64,000 nt of DNA. Origin: a virus. Both the position numbers and the translations under genes were made by a program. Positions 55,069 to 64,000 of the stretch are shown one piece after another. A model generated the notes under the pieces. The model did not search any database. It saw only the letters and a program-made list of their open reading frames with translations, and had not been told where the DNA came from. How positions within the stretch are numbered: position 1 is the stretch's first letter; every line of letters starts with the position of its first letter. Location: the IMG/VR virus record IMGVR_UViG_3300042564_002372, positions 45,828-109,827 of that record; one strand, written 5' to 3'.

Positions 55069-56172
55069 ATGAAAGAAAAAACTTTAAGAGATATTCGACA
55101 AGAGGAGTTTGCAAAATCTTGGAAAGACAAAGGAGAATATGGTATTCTCTATTTGTGTCCACGATTTGGTAAGATTAGAACTAGTATCAATGTATTGAAG
55201 GAGTTTCCTAAAGATGCAAGTGTACTTATTGCTTATCCAGACAATAAGATTAAGCAATCCTGGTTAGATGATTTTGAAGCTCTTGGATATGATAATGACA
55301 ACATCACGTTCACCACACATCTTTCATTGAAGAAATATGCAGGAAAGAAGTTTGACTTAGTGATTGTAGATGAGATACATCTTCTTAGTGAAGCACAAAT
55401 TGAGGTGTGTCAAGACTTCTTTGACATCAATCAGAAAGTGTTGGGACTAACAGGAACTCTTGCTAAAGAAACAAAGAATGTATTAGCAGAATATTTAGCA
55501 CTGAACATCGTTGCTGAATACCCTCTTGAGAGAGCAATAGAAGAAGGTATCATTGTAGACTATGAAATCACTGTTGTTACAACACCATTAGATAATGTCA
55601 CTAATCAAATGTTTGGGACCAAGTCCAAAACAGAGAAGCAACAATATGACAGCTATGGATGGGTGATTAACAAGATGCAGTCAGAACGCAGAGATACTAT
55701 GTTTCTCAGACTAGCAAGGATGAGACTCATACAATCATCTTTAGCAAAGAAAAATCTTACCAAGAAGTTGATTAGCAAGCACCAGGATGAGAGAATGCTC
55801 ATATTCTGTGGTGTAACAAAGGTGGCTGATGATTTAGGAATTCCTTCCTATCACAGCAAGTCCAGCGAAAAGAAAATGTTCAATGATTTCGCTGAGGGAA
55901 AAGGTAATCACATGGCTGTTGTGAAGATTGGCAACACTGGTGTGACATACAAACCCTTGAATCGTGTTATAATTAATTACTTCGACAGCAATAGTGAGAA
56001 TCTTGCTCAGAAAATACAGAGATGTACAGCTATGGAATACAACAACCCTGATAAAAAGGCTCAGATATACATCATATCAAGCAATGAAGAGGTGGAGTTG
56101 AAGTGGTTGCAAAAGTCTCTAGAATTCTTTGACAGAAGTAAAATTAAGTTCATCGACTCTAGGAATTTATAA
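55069..56172 (+). CDS. Superfamily 2 (DExH) helicase
   Basis: Q motif RQEE, PRFGK, IVDEIH, GLTGT, QKIQR. Confidence 0.85.
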   Translation: MKEKTLRDIRQEEFAKSWKDKGEYGILYLCPRFGKIRTSINVLKEFPKDASVLIAYPDNKIKQSWLDDFEALGYDNDNITFTTHLSLKKYAGKKFDLVIVDEIHLLSEAQIEVCQDFFDINQKVLGLTGTLAKETKNVLAEYLALNIVAEYPLERAIEEGIIVDYEITVVTTPLDNVTNQMFGTKSKTEKQQYDSYGWVINKMQSERRDTMFLRLARMRLIQSSLAKKNLTKKLISKHQDERMLIFCGVTKVADDLGIPSYHSKSSEKKMFNDFAEGKGNHMAVVKIGNTGVTYKPLNRVIINYFDSNSENLAQKIQRCTAMEYNNPDKKAQIYIISSNEEVELKWLQKSLEFFDRSKIKFIDSRNL

Positions 56173-56226
56173 CTAAAAAAGTTAAATTTACTAATCAAGA
56201 AAATTAAAAACTAAAACTAAAAGCAA

Positions 56227-56898
56227 ATGGCAAGTAAACTGATTGGGATTGTTGGAGAAACATCCACAGGAAAATCAACATCAATCAAACACCTAAATCC
56301 AGATGAGACTTACATCATCAACGTAGCCAAGAAGGAACTTCCCTTCAAAGGTTCTGAGAAGATGTACAGCGCAGAAAAGAAAAACTACAAAGAAGTGGAT
56401 GATGCCAACGAGATTTCTAGGCTTCTGAGAACCATTTCTGAGAAAGCACCACACATCAAGAACATCGTGATCGAGGATTCAAACTACATCATGGGTTTCA
56501 CTATGGTTTCTAAGGCCACAGAGGTAGGTTACCAAAAGTTCTCTATTATGGCTAAGGACATGGTGGATTTATTTAGGACAGCAAGAATGCTCAGAGATGA
56601 CATTGTTGTGTTCTATTTCACTCACCCAGAAGTGATTGAGGATTCTGGTGAAATCATTGGTTACAAGATTAAAACAGCAGGTAAGTTGATTGACAACCAA
56701 GTGTTGTTAGAAGGTTTGATGACTGTATGTCTTTACACTCTTGTAGAAGAGCAGAAGGATGGTACAGCTACATATAATTTTGTAACAAACAGGTTTAGAA
56801 AGATGCCAGCTAAATCACCAGATGGTATGTTTTCTGAATTGAAAATACCAAACAACCTACAACTGGTTGTGGATAATGTAAACGAGTATTATAAATAA
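56227..56898 (+). CDS. AAA ATPase, Sak4-like recombination protein
   Basis: GETSTGKS Walker A, IVIED, AKSPDGMF; adjacent to the SSB gene. Confidence 0.75.
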   Translation: MASKLIGIVGETSTGKSTSIKHLNPDETYIINVAKKELPFKGSEKMYSAEKKNYKEVDDANEISRLLRTISEKAPHIKNIVIEDSNYIMGFTMVSKATEVGYQKFSIMAKDMVDLFRTARMLRDDIVVFYFTHPEVIEDSGEIIGYKIKTAGKLIDNQVLLEGLMTVCLYTLVEEQKDGTATYNFVTNRFRKMPAKSPDGMFSELKIPNNLQLVVDNVNEYYK

Positions 56899-56921
56899 AA
56901 AACAATTAAACAATTAAAGTT

Positions 56922-57815
56922 ATGTCAGGAATTGGCGGTTCAAAAAGAGAAAGAAAAGAAAGCGGAAGCGAGTTTCCAAAGAAAGTTGGCTTATTCGAAG
57001 CTAGTGTCATTGCAATCAATCCAACGATTGAGCAGTATAAGGACATTCTTGGAATCGAATTGAAAGAAGAAAGCAAAGCAACTGAGTATCTTGGTGAGAG
57101 TAGAGATGGTAATACTACCATTAGGATTAGCGTCTGGTTGAAAGATGTTAAGTCTGGTCAGAATTTCAATATCAACTACTATCTAGAAGATAAAGAGCGT
57201 GAGAACAAGGATGGAACCAAAAAGCAATACATTAACCAACTAGGACTTTGCGCTTGGGCAGCTGATGAAGATGGTCTAGCACAATGGTTTAAAGGAACTC
57301 CTGACAATCCAAAAGATTACAGAGTGGCTTATGTTGGTGAAGAAGAATTCTATGAATTCCTACGCAACTGGTTGTGTGAACTAGACTATGGTAAGAGCGA
57401 TACAACTCTATCATTGGATTGGAAAAAGCTAATGAGAGGAAACGTGAAAGAAATCACTTCTCAAATCGATGGTCATTATTGTGGAAACTTTGTAGCAATG
57501 GCTACAATCACAACTAAAGACAAAGATGGAGAAGTGAAGGAGTATCAGAGTGTGTATAACAAAGCATTCCTTCCTGCATATTCTTTGAAGCAGTTCAGAC
57601 TTAAAGAGAATGATTACAATGATTCATCTCGTGTCAGTGCACTACTTACTAAGAAGTCAAAAGATCTTCGTCCACACGAAAGATTTGTTGTTAAGATTGC
57701 TGGTGAGTATGGATGCAAAGACTACTATACGTTCAAGGACTTGCATGATTATGATCCAGAGATGAACATCGCAGCATCAGATAAAGTAATTGCTGACGAT
57801 GATGCTGATTATTGA
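56922..57815 (+). CDS. Putative single-stranded DNA-binding protein
   Basis: VIAINP, KKQYIN, AYVGEEE motifs; acidic-aromatic tail ADDDADY; follows the Sak4-like gene. Confidence 0.6.
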   Translation: MSGIGGSKRERKESGSEFPKKVGLFEASVIAINPTIEQYKDILGIELKEESKATEYLGESRDGNTTIRISVWLKDVKSGQNFNINYYLEDKERENKDGTKKQYINQLGLCAWAADEDGLAQWFKGTPDNPKDYRVAYVGEEEFYEFLRNWLCELDYGKSDTTLSLDWKKLMRGNVKEITSQIDGHYCGNFVAMATITTKDKDGEVKEYQSVYNKAFLPAYSLKQFRLKENDYNDSSRVSALLTKKSKDLRPHERFVVKIAGEYGCKDYYTFKDLHDYDPEMNIAASDKVIADDDADY

Positions 57816-57834
57816 TAAATAATCTTTTAAATTC

Positions 57835-57862
57835 AAGGCTCTCAGAAATGGGAGCCTTTTTT
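57835..57862 (+). terminator. Intrinsic terminator
   Basis: AAGGCTCTCA-GAAA-TGGGAGCCTT followed by T-run. Confidence 0.75.
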
Positions 57863-57872
57863 ATTACACACT

Positions 57873-58265
57873 ATGGCAAAAGTAATTTGGATACCTGGAA
57901 GCATTGGGGAGCTACTTGATAAAGTGAGCATCCTCAATATTAAACGTGTCATGATCAGTGACACAGAGAAGCTAGCAATGGTAAAGGATGAGCTACAAGA
58001 GTTAATGGATGTAGCAACACCCTTTTTAGAAAACAAAGAAGTAGAAGAGTTGTATGATCTTCTCCTGATGGTGAACAAGAATCTCTGGGACGTAGAAGAT
58101 GTCCTTAGAAAAATGGAAGCTAATAAACAATTTGATGAAGAATTTATTGCGAAAGCCAGAAGTGTCTATTTCCTAAATGACAGACGATTTGAACTAAAAA
58201 GTAAAATCAATGCTGCAATGGGATCTAGAATAAACGAGGTGAAACAATATGTGAATTATCAATGA
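57873..58265 (+). CDS. DUF6165-like protein
   Basis: SIGELLDKVSILNIK...VNKNLWDVED..R...ARSVYFLNDRR..EVKQY. Confidence 0.6.
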   Translation: MAKVIWIPGSIGELLDKVSILNIKRVMISDTEKLAMVKDELQELMDVATPFLENKEVEELYDLLLMVNKNLWDVEDVLRKMEANKQFDEEFIAKARSVYFLNDRRFELKSKINAAMGSRINEVKQYVNYQ

Positions 58266-59269
58266 TTACTGGGGAAAAATTAGAACAGCTGAATTTTGAA
58301 ACCATACTTTCTAAGATATCTGAGTATGATATATTCAGATGGTATATGCCTAATAAGAAATGGGAAGTTAACAGAGTGACTTATTCTCCATTCAGAAATG
58401 AATCTAGGCCCTCTTTCACAATCTATTCTAAAGATGGTAGGTTATTCTATCTGGACTTTTCAGACTCACACTACAGAGGAGGATGTTTTAATTTTGTAAA
58501 GCAGCTATTCAATGTAGGACACAATGAATGTCTGGAAATGATTGATAGAGATTTCAATCTAGGAATTAGAATAAAGAAGAGGGATGATCTTCCAAGTCAT
58601 ACAGAGATTGTTTCTAAGTATGAACAGCCTGAGAAGTTGGAGAAAAGGTATTCGCATATTCAGGTGATCACTAGAAAATTCACTAGCGAAGAGTTAGAAT
58701 ACTGGAATCAATATCATCAAGACATCCAAGATCTAAAGGAGAATAATGTCTATTCTATCAAGAAGCTTTATTTGAATAGAAGCATTGTCCATCTAAAAGA
58801 AACTGAACTTAGATTTGGTTATTTCTATGATGGGCATTGGAAGATCTATAGACCTTTCAGCAAAGATTCTAAATGGTTTCCCAACAATACACCAATCACT
58901 GCTATGGATGGTAAGGATAATCTTGACAAAACCAAGATGGCTTTCATAAACAAGAGTAAGAAAGACTATATGGTGATGAAGAAGATTTATCCTTATTCAT
59001 GTGCTGTTCAAAACGAAGGAGTGGCTTGCTTCTCTGAAGAGAATGTTGACTTCTTGAAGCACAACTCAAGCAGCCAAATCCTTTCTTTTGACAGTGATGT
59101 TGCTGGTGTAAAAAATTCTAAAATGGTAACAGAGATGTTCAACTTTGATTATTGTAATGTACCAAGGTATTATCTACAAGAAGGAATCAAAGACTGGGCA
59201 GATCTGGCAAAGAAGTATGGAATGCAAATTATCGAACATTATTTAAAACAAAAATTTATAATACCATGA
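58262..59269 (+). CDS. DNA primase (DnaG/Toprim-like)
   Basis: SPFRNESRPSF degenerate Zn-finger region, SFDSDVAG Toprim motif, KDWAD. Confidence 0.8.
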   Translation: MITGEKLEQLNFETILSKISEYDIFRWYMPNKKWEVNRVTYSPFRNESRPSFTIYSKDGRLFYLDFSDSHYRGGCFNFVKQLFNVGHNECLEMIDRDFNLGIRIKKRDDLPSHTEIVSKYEQPEKLEKRYSHIQVITRKFTSEELEYWNQYHQDIQDLKENNVYSIKKLYLNRSIVHLKETELRFGYFYDGHWKIYRPFSKDSKWFPNNTPITAMDGKDNLDKTKMAFINKSKKDYMVMKKIYPYSCAVQNEGVACFSEENVDFLKHNSSSQILSFDSDVAGVKNSKMVTEMFNFDYCNVPRYYLQEGIKDWADLAKKYGMQIIEHYLKQKFIIP

Positions 59270-59457
59270 GTGGAGAAATAAAAGAGTTAGCAGAATGGTG
59301 CGCAGAGCGTGCTAAAAATTGCCCATCGTTAAAAGAAGAGATACAAGATCTACTAGACTTAGCAATCAATGAGATTGAAGAAGGGGGATCGATGTATCAT
59401 GAAATAAGCCTATGTATGGCAGATGTAGAAGAACTAATCAAAGAAAACTGTAATTAA
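59266..59457 (+). CDS. Hypothetical protein
   Basis: 63-aa acidic ORF, coupled. Confidence 0.6.
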   Translation: MSGEIKELAEWCAERAKNCPSLKEEIQDLLDLAINEIEEGGSMYHEISLCMADVEELIKENCN

Positions 59458-59459
59458 TT

Positions 59460-60263
59460 ATGTCAACTTATTCAACAACTAAATATTTTCTCACAGGTAC
59501 GGAACTTCCTAAAGAAACAAGAACATATAAGCCTGTTTCACATGGTCAATTAATTGACCTCACCCTGGAGAGCATTCATCAAGCAGGATTTAAGCTTGAA
59601 TCAGAAAAGTATTCTGCTGCAAGAGATGGTAATGTCGCTAATGGTAGATTCACTATTAGCAATGTAGCTGATAAAGAGATGCAGCTACAGATTGGCTGGC
59701 AGAACAGCTATGACAAGAGTCTTAGCTTAAAGTTTGCTATTGGTACACAAATCATTGTTTGTCAAAACGGAATGGTTAGTGGTGACTATGGTGCGTTCAA
59801 AAGAAAGCATCAAGGAGATGTACAAGAGTTTACACCAAGTGCTATTGTAGAATACATTAAAGCTGCTGGTGATGGATTCAGAAAGATGCAGAATGAGCGT
59901 GAGCTTATGAAGCACGTTCAGATTGATGCTCGTGTAGCTGCTGAGCTTGTGGGAAGAATGATTCTTGAGAAAGAATTTATTGAATCTACACAATTGAATA
60001 TAATCAAGCGTGAGTTGAAGAATCCAACGTTTGATTATGGTGCTCCAGAAAGCTTATGGGAGTTGTATCAACACACCACCTATTCAATGAAGGAAGTTCA
60101 TCCTACATTATGGATGGGTAACCACGTTGATGCTCATGAGTTCTTTGTAACTGCATCTGGTGAGTTAAAAAGTAAATCAGTTAACATCTCATTTGAAGAG
60201 TCGACAACTAGGAGACAGTTGACAATCTTTGATCAAATCGCAGAAGCAGATGTTGTGGGATAA
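59460..60263 (+). CDS. DUF932-like protein
   Basis: YKPVSH, NSYDKS, VCQNGM, RKH, SLWELYQ motifs. Confidence 0.7.
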   Translation: MSTYSTTKYFLTGTELPKETRTYKPVSHGQLIDLTLESIHQAGFKLESEKYSAARDGNVANGRFTISNVADKEMQLQIGWQNSYDKSLSLKFAIGTQIIVCQNGMVSGDYGAFKRKHQGDVQEFTPSAIVEYIKAAGDGFRKMQNERELMKHVQIDARVAAELVGRMILEKEFIESTQLNIIKRELKNPTFDYGAPESLWELYQHTTYSMKEVHPTLWMGNHVDAHEFFVTASGELKSKSVNISFEESTTRRQLTIFDQIAEADVVG

Positions 60264-60969
60264 ATTCAAAGAACACTTTCACGAGAGTTGGCACGATGTA
60301 ATGCGTCCATTTATTGAGAGTGAAGAGTGTGATGAGATTTATGCATTTCTAAAGTCAGAAGGAAGAAGGGGCAAGAAAATTGCCCCTCTTTCGTCTAACA
60401 CCTATAGATGCTTTAAAGAAACTCCACTTGACAAAATGAAAGTGGTGCTACTAGGTATGTGCCCATACCACACACAACTTAATGGTGTGCCAGTAGCAGA
60501 TGGTTTGTTAATGGGATGTTCTGTTACAGATAGGCTTCAGCCTTCACTAGAGCAGTTTTACAATGCTGTAGAGAAAGATTGTTACAAAGGATTGAATCTG
60601 AAATACAAGAAGAATACTAATGTATTATATCTAGCTGAACAGGGTGTACTAATGCTTAACGCAGCTCTCACTACAGAAATCAATAAAGCTGGTTCTCATT
60701 TGAAGATATGGGAGCCATTTATCAAGTATGTATTTGAGAATGCTATTGCTCCAAGCAGAGTGCCTGTTGTATTTCTAGGTAAAGAAGCTAGCAAGTTTAA
60801 ACGTTATATGCCCCCGTTAACATGGTCCTTCGAATTGAGTCACCCAGCTAGTGCTTCTTACAAGAATACTGATTGGGATTCAGAAGGTGTATTCACAAAA
60901 GTAAATAGAGTGCTATTAGATGAAAAGAAAACACAAATCTGGTGGTTAGATGAAGATCTGCCATTTTAA
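60250..60969 (+). CDS. ung: Uracil-DNA glycosylase family 1-like, atypical active site
   Basis: KVVLLGMCPYH, PSL, QGVLMLNAALT, GSH..W, SHPAS. Confidence 0.85.
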   Translation: MLWDKFKEHFHESWHDVMRPFIESEECDEIYAFLKSEGRRGKKIAPLSSNTYRCFKETPLDKMKVVLLGMCPYHTQLNGVPVADGLLMGCSVTDRLQPSLEQFYNAVEKDCYKGLNLKYKKNTNVLYLAEQGVLMLNAALTTEINKAGSHLKIWEPFIKYVFENAIAPSRVPVVFLGKEASKFKRYMPPLTWSFELSHPASASYKNTDWDSEGVFTKVNRVLLDEKKTQIWWLDEDLPF

Positions 60970-60981
60970 ACAAAACACATT

Positions 60982-61299
60982 ATGATAACAGAATTAGTTA
61001 ATGATTTAGAAGAACTAGAGGTGGGAGATGTGGTAGTCTATGCTTCTGGTGTTGGAATGAGAACTGCAAAGATTGATAGAAAGCCTGAGAAACATTCTCC
61101 TACAGCTAGTTGGTATAAATCTACTAGATGTAGAGTGAATATCACTATCAACACCTATCCAAGAAAGATTTGGCAAAATGGAGCTTATGTTGTACATGGA
61201 ACGAGAACAACTAAGACACAAAACTTTAATGTTGAAGAGTTCAATAATGTGAAATACATTAGGCTTTCTGCTCCAATACTTAGACTAGTTGAGGTATGA
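60982..61299 (+). CDS. Hypothetical protein
   Basis: LEVGDVV (SH3/KOW-like) start. Confidence 0.6.
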   Translation: MITELVNDLEELEVGDVVVYASGVGMRTAKIDRKPEKHSPTASWYKSTRCRVNITINTYPRKIWQNGAYVVHGTRTTKTQNFNVEEFNNVKYIRLSAPILRLVEV

Positions 61300-61613
61300 C
61301 GTTTGAAAGCAAATACACTGGAACAGTAAGAAAAGGTGATTTGATTGCAATAGGATATGACAACTACATGCTTCTTGGAATTTATGTAGGACGTGGAAAA
61401 ACAGGAACTATTCAATACTATTCACTTTACGCCTTAAGTGTTTTCTATAAAGAAAATAGACATCTCCATAATTATAGTAAGTCTTATGTCAATGCACCGC
61501 ATGTAACAAGGATAGTTAAGGTGAATGTCAATGACTTGAATGAAGAAACACTTGAGCAGTACAATGAAGCAATGATTTATTTAGAACAACAAAAATTTAA
61601 AATTGAAAGATGA
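61296..61613 (+). CDS. Hypothetical protein
   Basis: VRKGDLIAI start; coupled to its neighbours. Confidence 0.6.
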   Translation: MTFESKYTGTVRKGDLIAIGYDNYMLLGIYVGRGKTGTIQYYSLYALSVFYKENRHLHNYSKSYVNAPHVTRIVKVNVNDLNEETLEQYNEAMIYLEQQKFKIER

Positions 61614-63919
61614 TACTAGAAAAACAAAAAGAAGCAATGGTTTTCGCTGATGGCGAAATAAACGAATCAATTGGAATGTCTTTAGACTTGGATTCTGCTC
61701 AGATTTTGATGCAGATGTTAAGTAAGAATCTCTATTCAGATTCAATAGGCTCAACTATCAGAGAGTGTGCAAGTAATGCACTAGATAGTCACAGAAGAGC
61801 TGGTGTGGAAGATCCAATTGTTGTAAGTTTTAAACTAGATGACAATAACAACTATGTTTTCTCTGTAGAGGATTTTGGTATTGGTCTAGATGCTGATGAT
61901 GTGAAGAATATCATTAGTAAGTATGGTAAGTCTACCAAACGTAACTCTGATACAGAACTAGGTATGATGGGTCTTGGCTTTAAGGCCCCTCTTGCTTACA
62001 CATCTAGTTTCTATTTCATCTGTCGTAAAGATGGCATGGAACGTAAGTATATGATGTACGAAGGTGAAGACACAAACACTATCGATCTTCTGTATGAAAG
62101 ACCTACAGAAGAGAGAAATGGTGTTAAGGTGATTGTTCCAGTTAAATGGAGTGATAGAAGTAGCTTCTACATTAAGATTCAGGAGCAACTCGCTTATTTT
62201 GATAGTGTGTATTTCGATGTTACAGCAAATGGGAATAGTGTTAATAACAAGTTCACCATCTATCGTGGTGAGCACTTTCAGTATTCTGAAATGTCAAAGG
62301 ATGATTACCTCCACATTTGCTTGGACAACGTGTATTATCCATTAGACTTTAACAAGCTTGGTATTTCTAATTTAGAGTTTCCTGTAGCATTGAGATTTAG
62401 TTTGACTGATGGAATATTTCCAACACCAAACAGAGAAGCTATCAGGTATACACAAGAAGCTAAAGACATTATTCTCAAAAGATTGGGACAAATGTCTGAC
62501 TTCTTCATTGAGAAATACAATCGTGAGATGCAAAACTGCTCTACATTTGATCAGGTGATAGAGTATTACACCAGCAAGAAAAGAAGTGTAGAGATTGTTC
62601 CTGGCAAGTCTTTGAACGTTGGTTACCTATCTATCTTCAGCGATATAGTGATGAATGAGCCTAAAATGGAAGGTGTAAAACATCTTGATCTAAGAAAGCT
62701 TGTTGATAAGAGTGAATACATTCTAAATGAGTATGCTGTAACATACACTCTCAACAGAGGAAAGTTCAAGGAGGTGAAGAGTGGAAGCTGGGAATCGAAT
62801 GTTAGTAGAAACAATGTTATGGGTAACAACACATACATGTATTCTTCTAGGATCTCAGAGTTGAAGAAGGCGTATCTAAGAACTCATTTACAGAATGGTA
62901 CATTCAACAATTACTATTTTGTGAAGAAGATAGCAACATTCTCTTTGTTCAATAAGACTGCTGCTTCTAATTATATGAAAAGCTTGAAGCGTGATAACTA
63001 CTATCAACTGCTAGAGCTTTCTAAAATTAAGAAAGAACACTGGAGAGAAGCAATCATAGAGTTTCAGGGTATTGTGAATTCTATGATTTCTGGATTCAAG
63101 AACCTTGATGATGTGGTTGTTCCAGACAGCTTTATTCAGTCTAGAAAGCAAATTAGTGGTAGAACAGGAGTGAATAGACGTGAGAAACTAGCTGGTGACA
63201 TCATCGTCAAAGAAGCAAGACAGCTAGAAAGGTTTGTTGATGGTAAGAACTGTAAGTTTGTTCCTGACACATGGTCTTTGAAGGATATACCAAAGAAGAA
63301 AACTCTAATAGTTTATGGTCATCATGACGATAGCCTAGATCTTGATAAGTTGTATAGCATCACTTGTGGTAAAATGAACATCACTATAATTTCGCTATCA
63401 ACAAAAGAAATAAAGGTGCTTGAGAAACTAGAGTTGAACAATGTAATGTCTTATTCAAAATTTATGGAAGGTAAAAGTAAACCATTCAAGAAGCTTGTTA
63501 CTGCCTATCTAATCAATAAGCTAATACTTAATCAATCGTATGTTTTCAGAAAATCTGATTATTTGAAAAGCATATCCACTGAATTATCAGATAAAATGGA
63601 TTTGCTCGAGAAATATAGAAACACAAACTATAGAGATGGGTCTACTGAGATTTACAAGGCTATGATTGATTTAGCAGAAGAGAATAAACTTTTCGATTAC
63701 AGTATATACCACGAGTATATACGAATGAAGGAAACACTCGAAAGGTTGTATTTTCTAAATGCTATTATGGGATCACTCAATTTCTATTCTTACAACAGTG
63801 GTATGTCTCCAGGTGTTGAAAGAGCTATTGTAGACTTGATGAAGTATCACAAATTCAAAGTGAATCTTGATCACTACACTCGTCTTGAAGAAGATAAATT
63901 AGAAGAACAATTTTGTTAA
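61610..63919 (+). CDS. rIIA: rIIA-like protein (GHKL ATPase N-terminus)
   Basis: NLYSD..IRECASNALDSH, VEDFGIGL, STKRNS..GMMGLGFKAP, PTPNREAI. Confidence 0.8.
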   Translation: MILEKQKEAMVFADGEINESIGMSLDLDSAQILMQMLSKNLYSDSIGSTIRECASNALDSHRRAGVEDPIVVSFKLDDNNNYVFSVEDFGIGLDADDVKNIISKYGKSTKRNSDTELGMMGLGFKAPLAYTSSFYFICRKDGMERKYMMYEGEDTNTIDLLYERPTEERNGVKVIVPVKWSDRSSFYIKIQEQLAYFDSVYFDVTANGNSVNNKFTIYRGEHFQYSEMSKDDYLHICLDNVYYPLDFNKLGISNLEFPVALRFSLTDGIFPTPNREAIRYTQEAKDIILKRLGQMSDFFIEKYNREMQNCSTFDQVIEYYTSKKRSVEIVPGKSLNVGYLSIFSDIVMNEPKMEGVKHLDLRKLVDKSEYILNEYAVTYTLNRGKFKEVKSGSWESNVSRNNVMGNNTYMYSSRISELKKAYLRTHLQNGTFNNYYFVKKIATFSLFNKTAASNYMKSLKRDNYYQLLELSKIKKEHWREAIIEFQGIVNSMISGFKNLDDVVVPDSFIQSRKQISGRTGVNRREKLAGDIIVKEARQLERFVDGKNCKFVPDTWSLKDIPKKKTLIVYGHHDDSLDLDKLYSITCGKMNITIISLSTKEIKVLEKLELNNVMSYSKFMEGKSKPFKKLVTAYLINKLILNQSYVFRKSDYLKSISTELSDKMDLLEKYRNTNYRDGSTEIYKAMIDLAEENKLFDYSIYHEYIRMKETLERLYFLNAIMGSLNFYSYNSGMSPGVERAIVDLMKYHKFKVNLDHYTRLEEDKLEEQFC

Positions 63920-63940
63920 TTAATTAAAAATCAATAACTT

Positions 63941-63966
63941 AAGGGAGGCTTAGTCCTCCCTTTTTC
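63941..63966 (+). terminator. Intrinsic terminator
   Basis: AAGGGAGG-CTTAG-TCCTCCCTT followed by T-run. Confidence 0.7.
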
Positions 63967-63987
63967 ATTTAAAACCAAAACAAAACT

Positions 63988-64000
63988 ATGTCAATTTTCA
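63988..64000 (+). CDS. Start of next gene (possibly rIIB), truncated
   Basis: ATG after an A-rich leader; identity guessed only from rIIA/rIIB synteny. Confidence 0.3.

Noticed and set aside
1-64000. Stop-codon reassignment as in some crAss-like phages
   Set aside because: Genes are long and densely packed in the standard code; TAA, TAG and TGA all end genes; no suppressor tRNA seen.
1-64000. CRISPR array, diversity-generating retroelement, integrase, intron or intein
   Set aside because: No repeat-spacer array, reverse transcriptase or recombinase motifs seen; terL, polB and helicases appear uninterrupted.

Overview
Most likely about 64 kb of a lytic crAss-like (Crassvirales-related) podophage of a Bacteroidota host: AT-rich, standard genetic code, no integrase or CRISPR seen. 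It has two divergent arms. The minus strand (1-43.4 kb) is the virion module: HU/IHF-like and wHTH regulators, terminase large subunit, portal, scaffold, major capsid, ring/adaptor proteins, Cys- and Thr-rich fibres (one with a G-T-S collagen-like shaft), a tail stabilization/nozzle protein and four large putative ejected cargo proteins. The plus strand (43.6-64 kb) holds small early genes and a replication block: family B DNA polymerase, DnaB-like and SF2 helicases, Sak4-like ATPase, SSB, primase, UDG and rIIA. The best leads are (1) cargo polyproteins whose modules are punctuated by (A/Q)-x-x-G(G) linkers, with TonB-box-like motifs and zincin and pre-toxin-like modules; (2) two tRNA-scaffold RNAs that lack an anticodon loop; (3) a roughly 600-nt array of long hairpins at the start of the early region; (4) a nozzle gene split around an adhesin-like insertion; (5) a UDG with Cys in place of the catalytic Asp; (6) clamp-binding and SSB-tail-like motifs. 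All calls come from motif reading and synteny only; no database searches were run.
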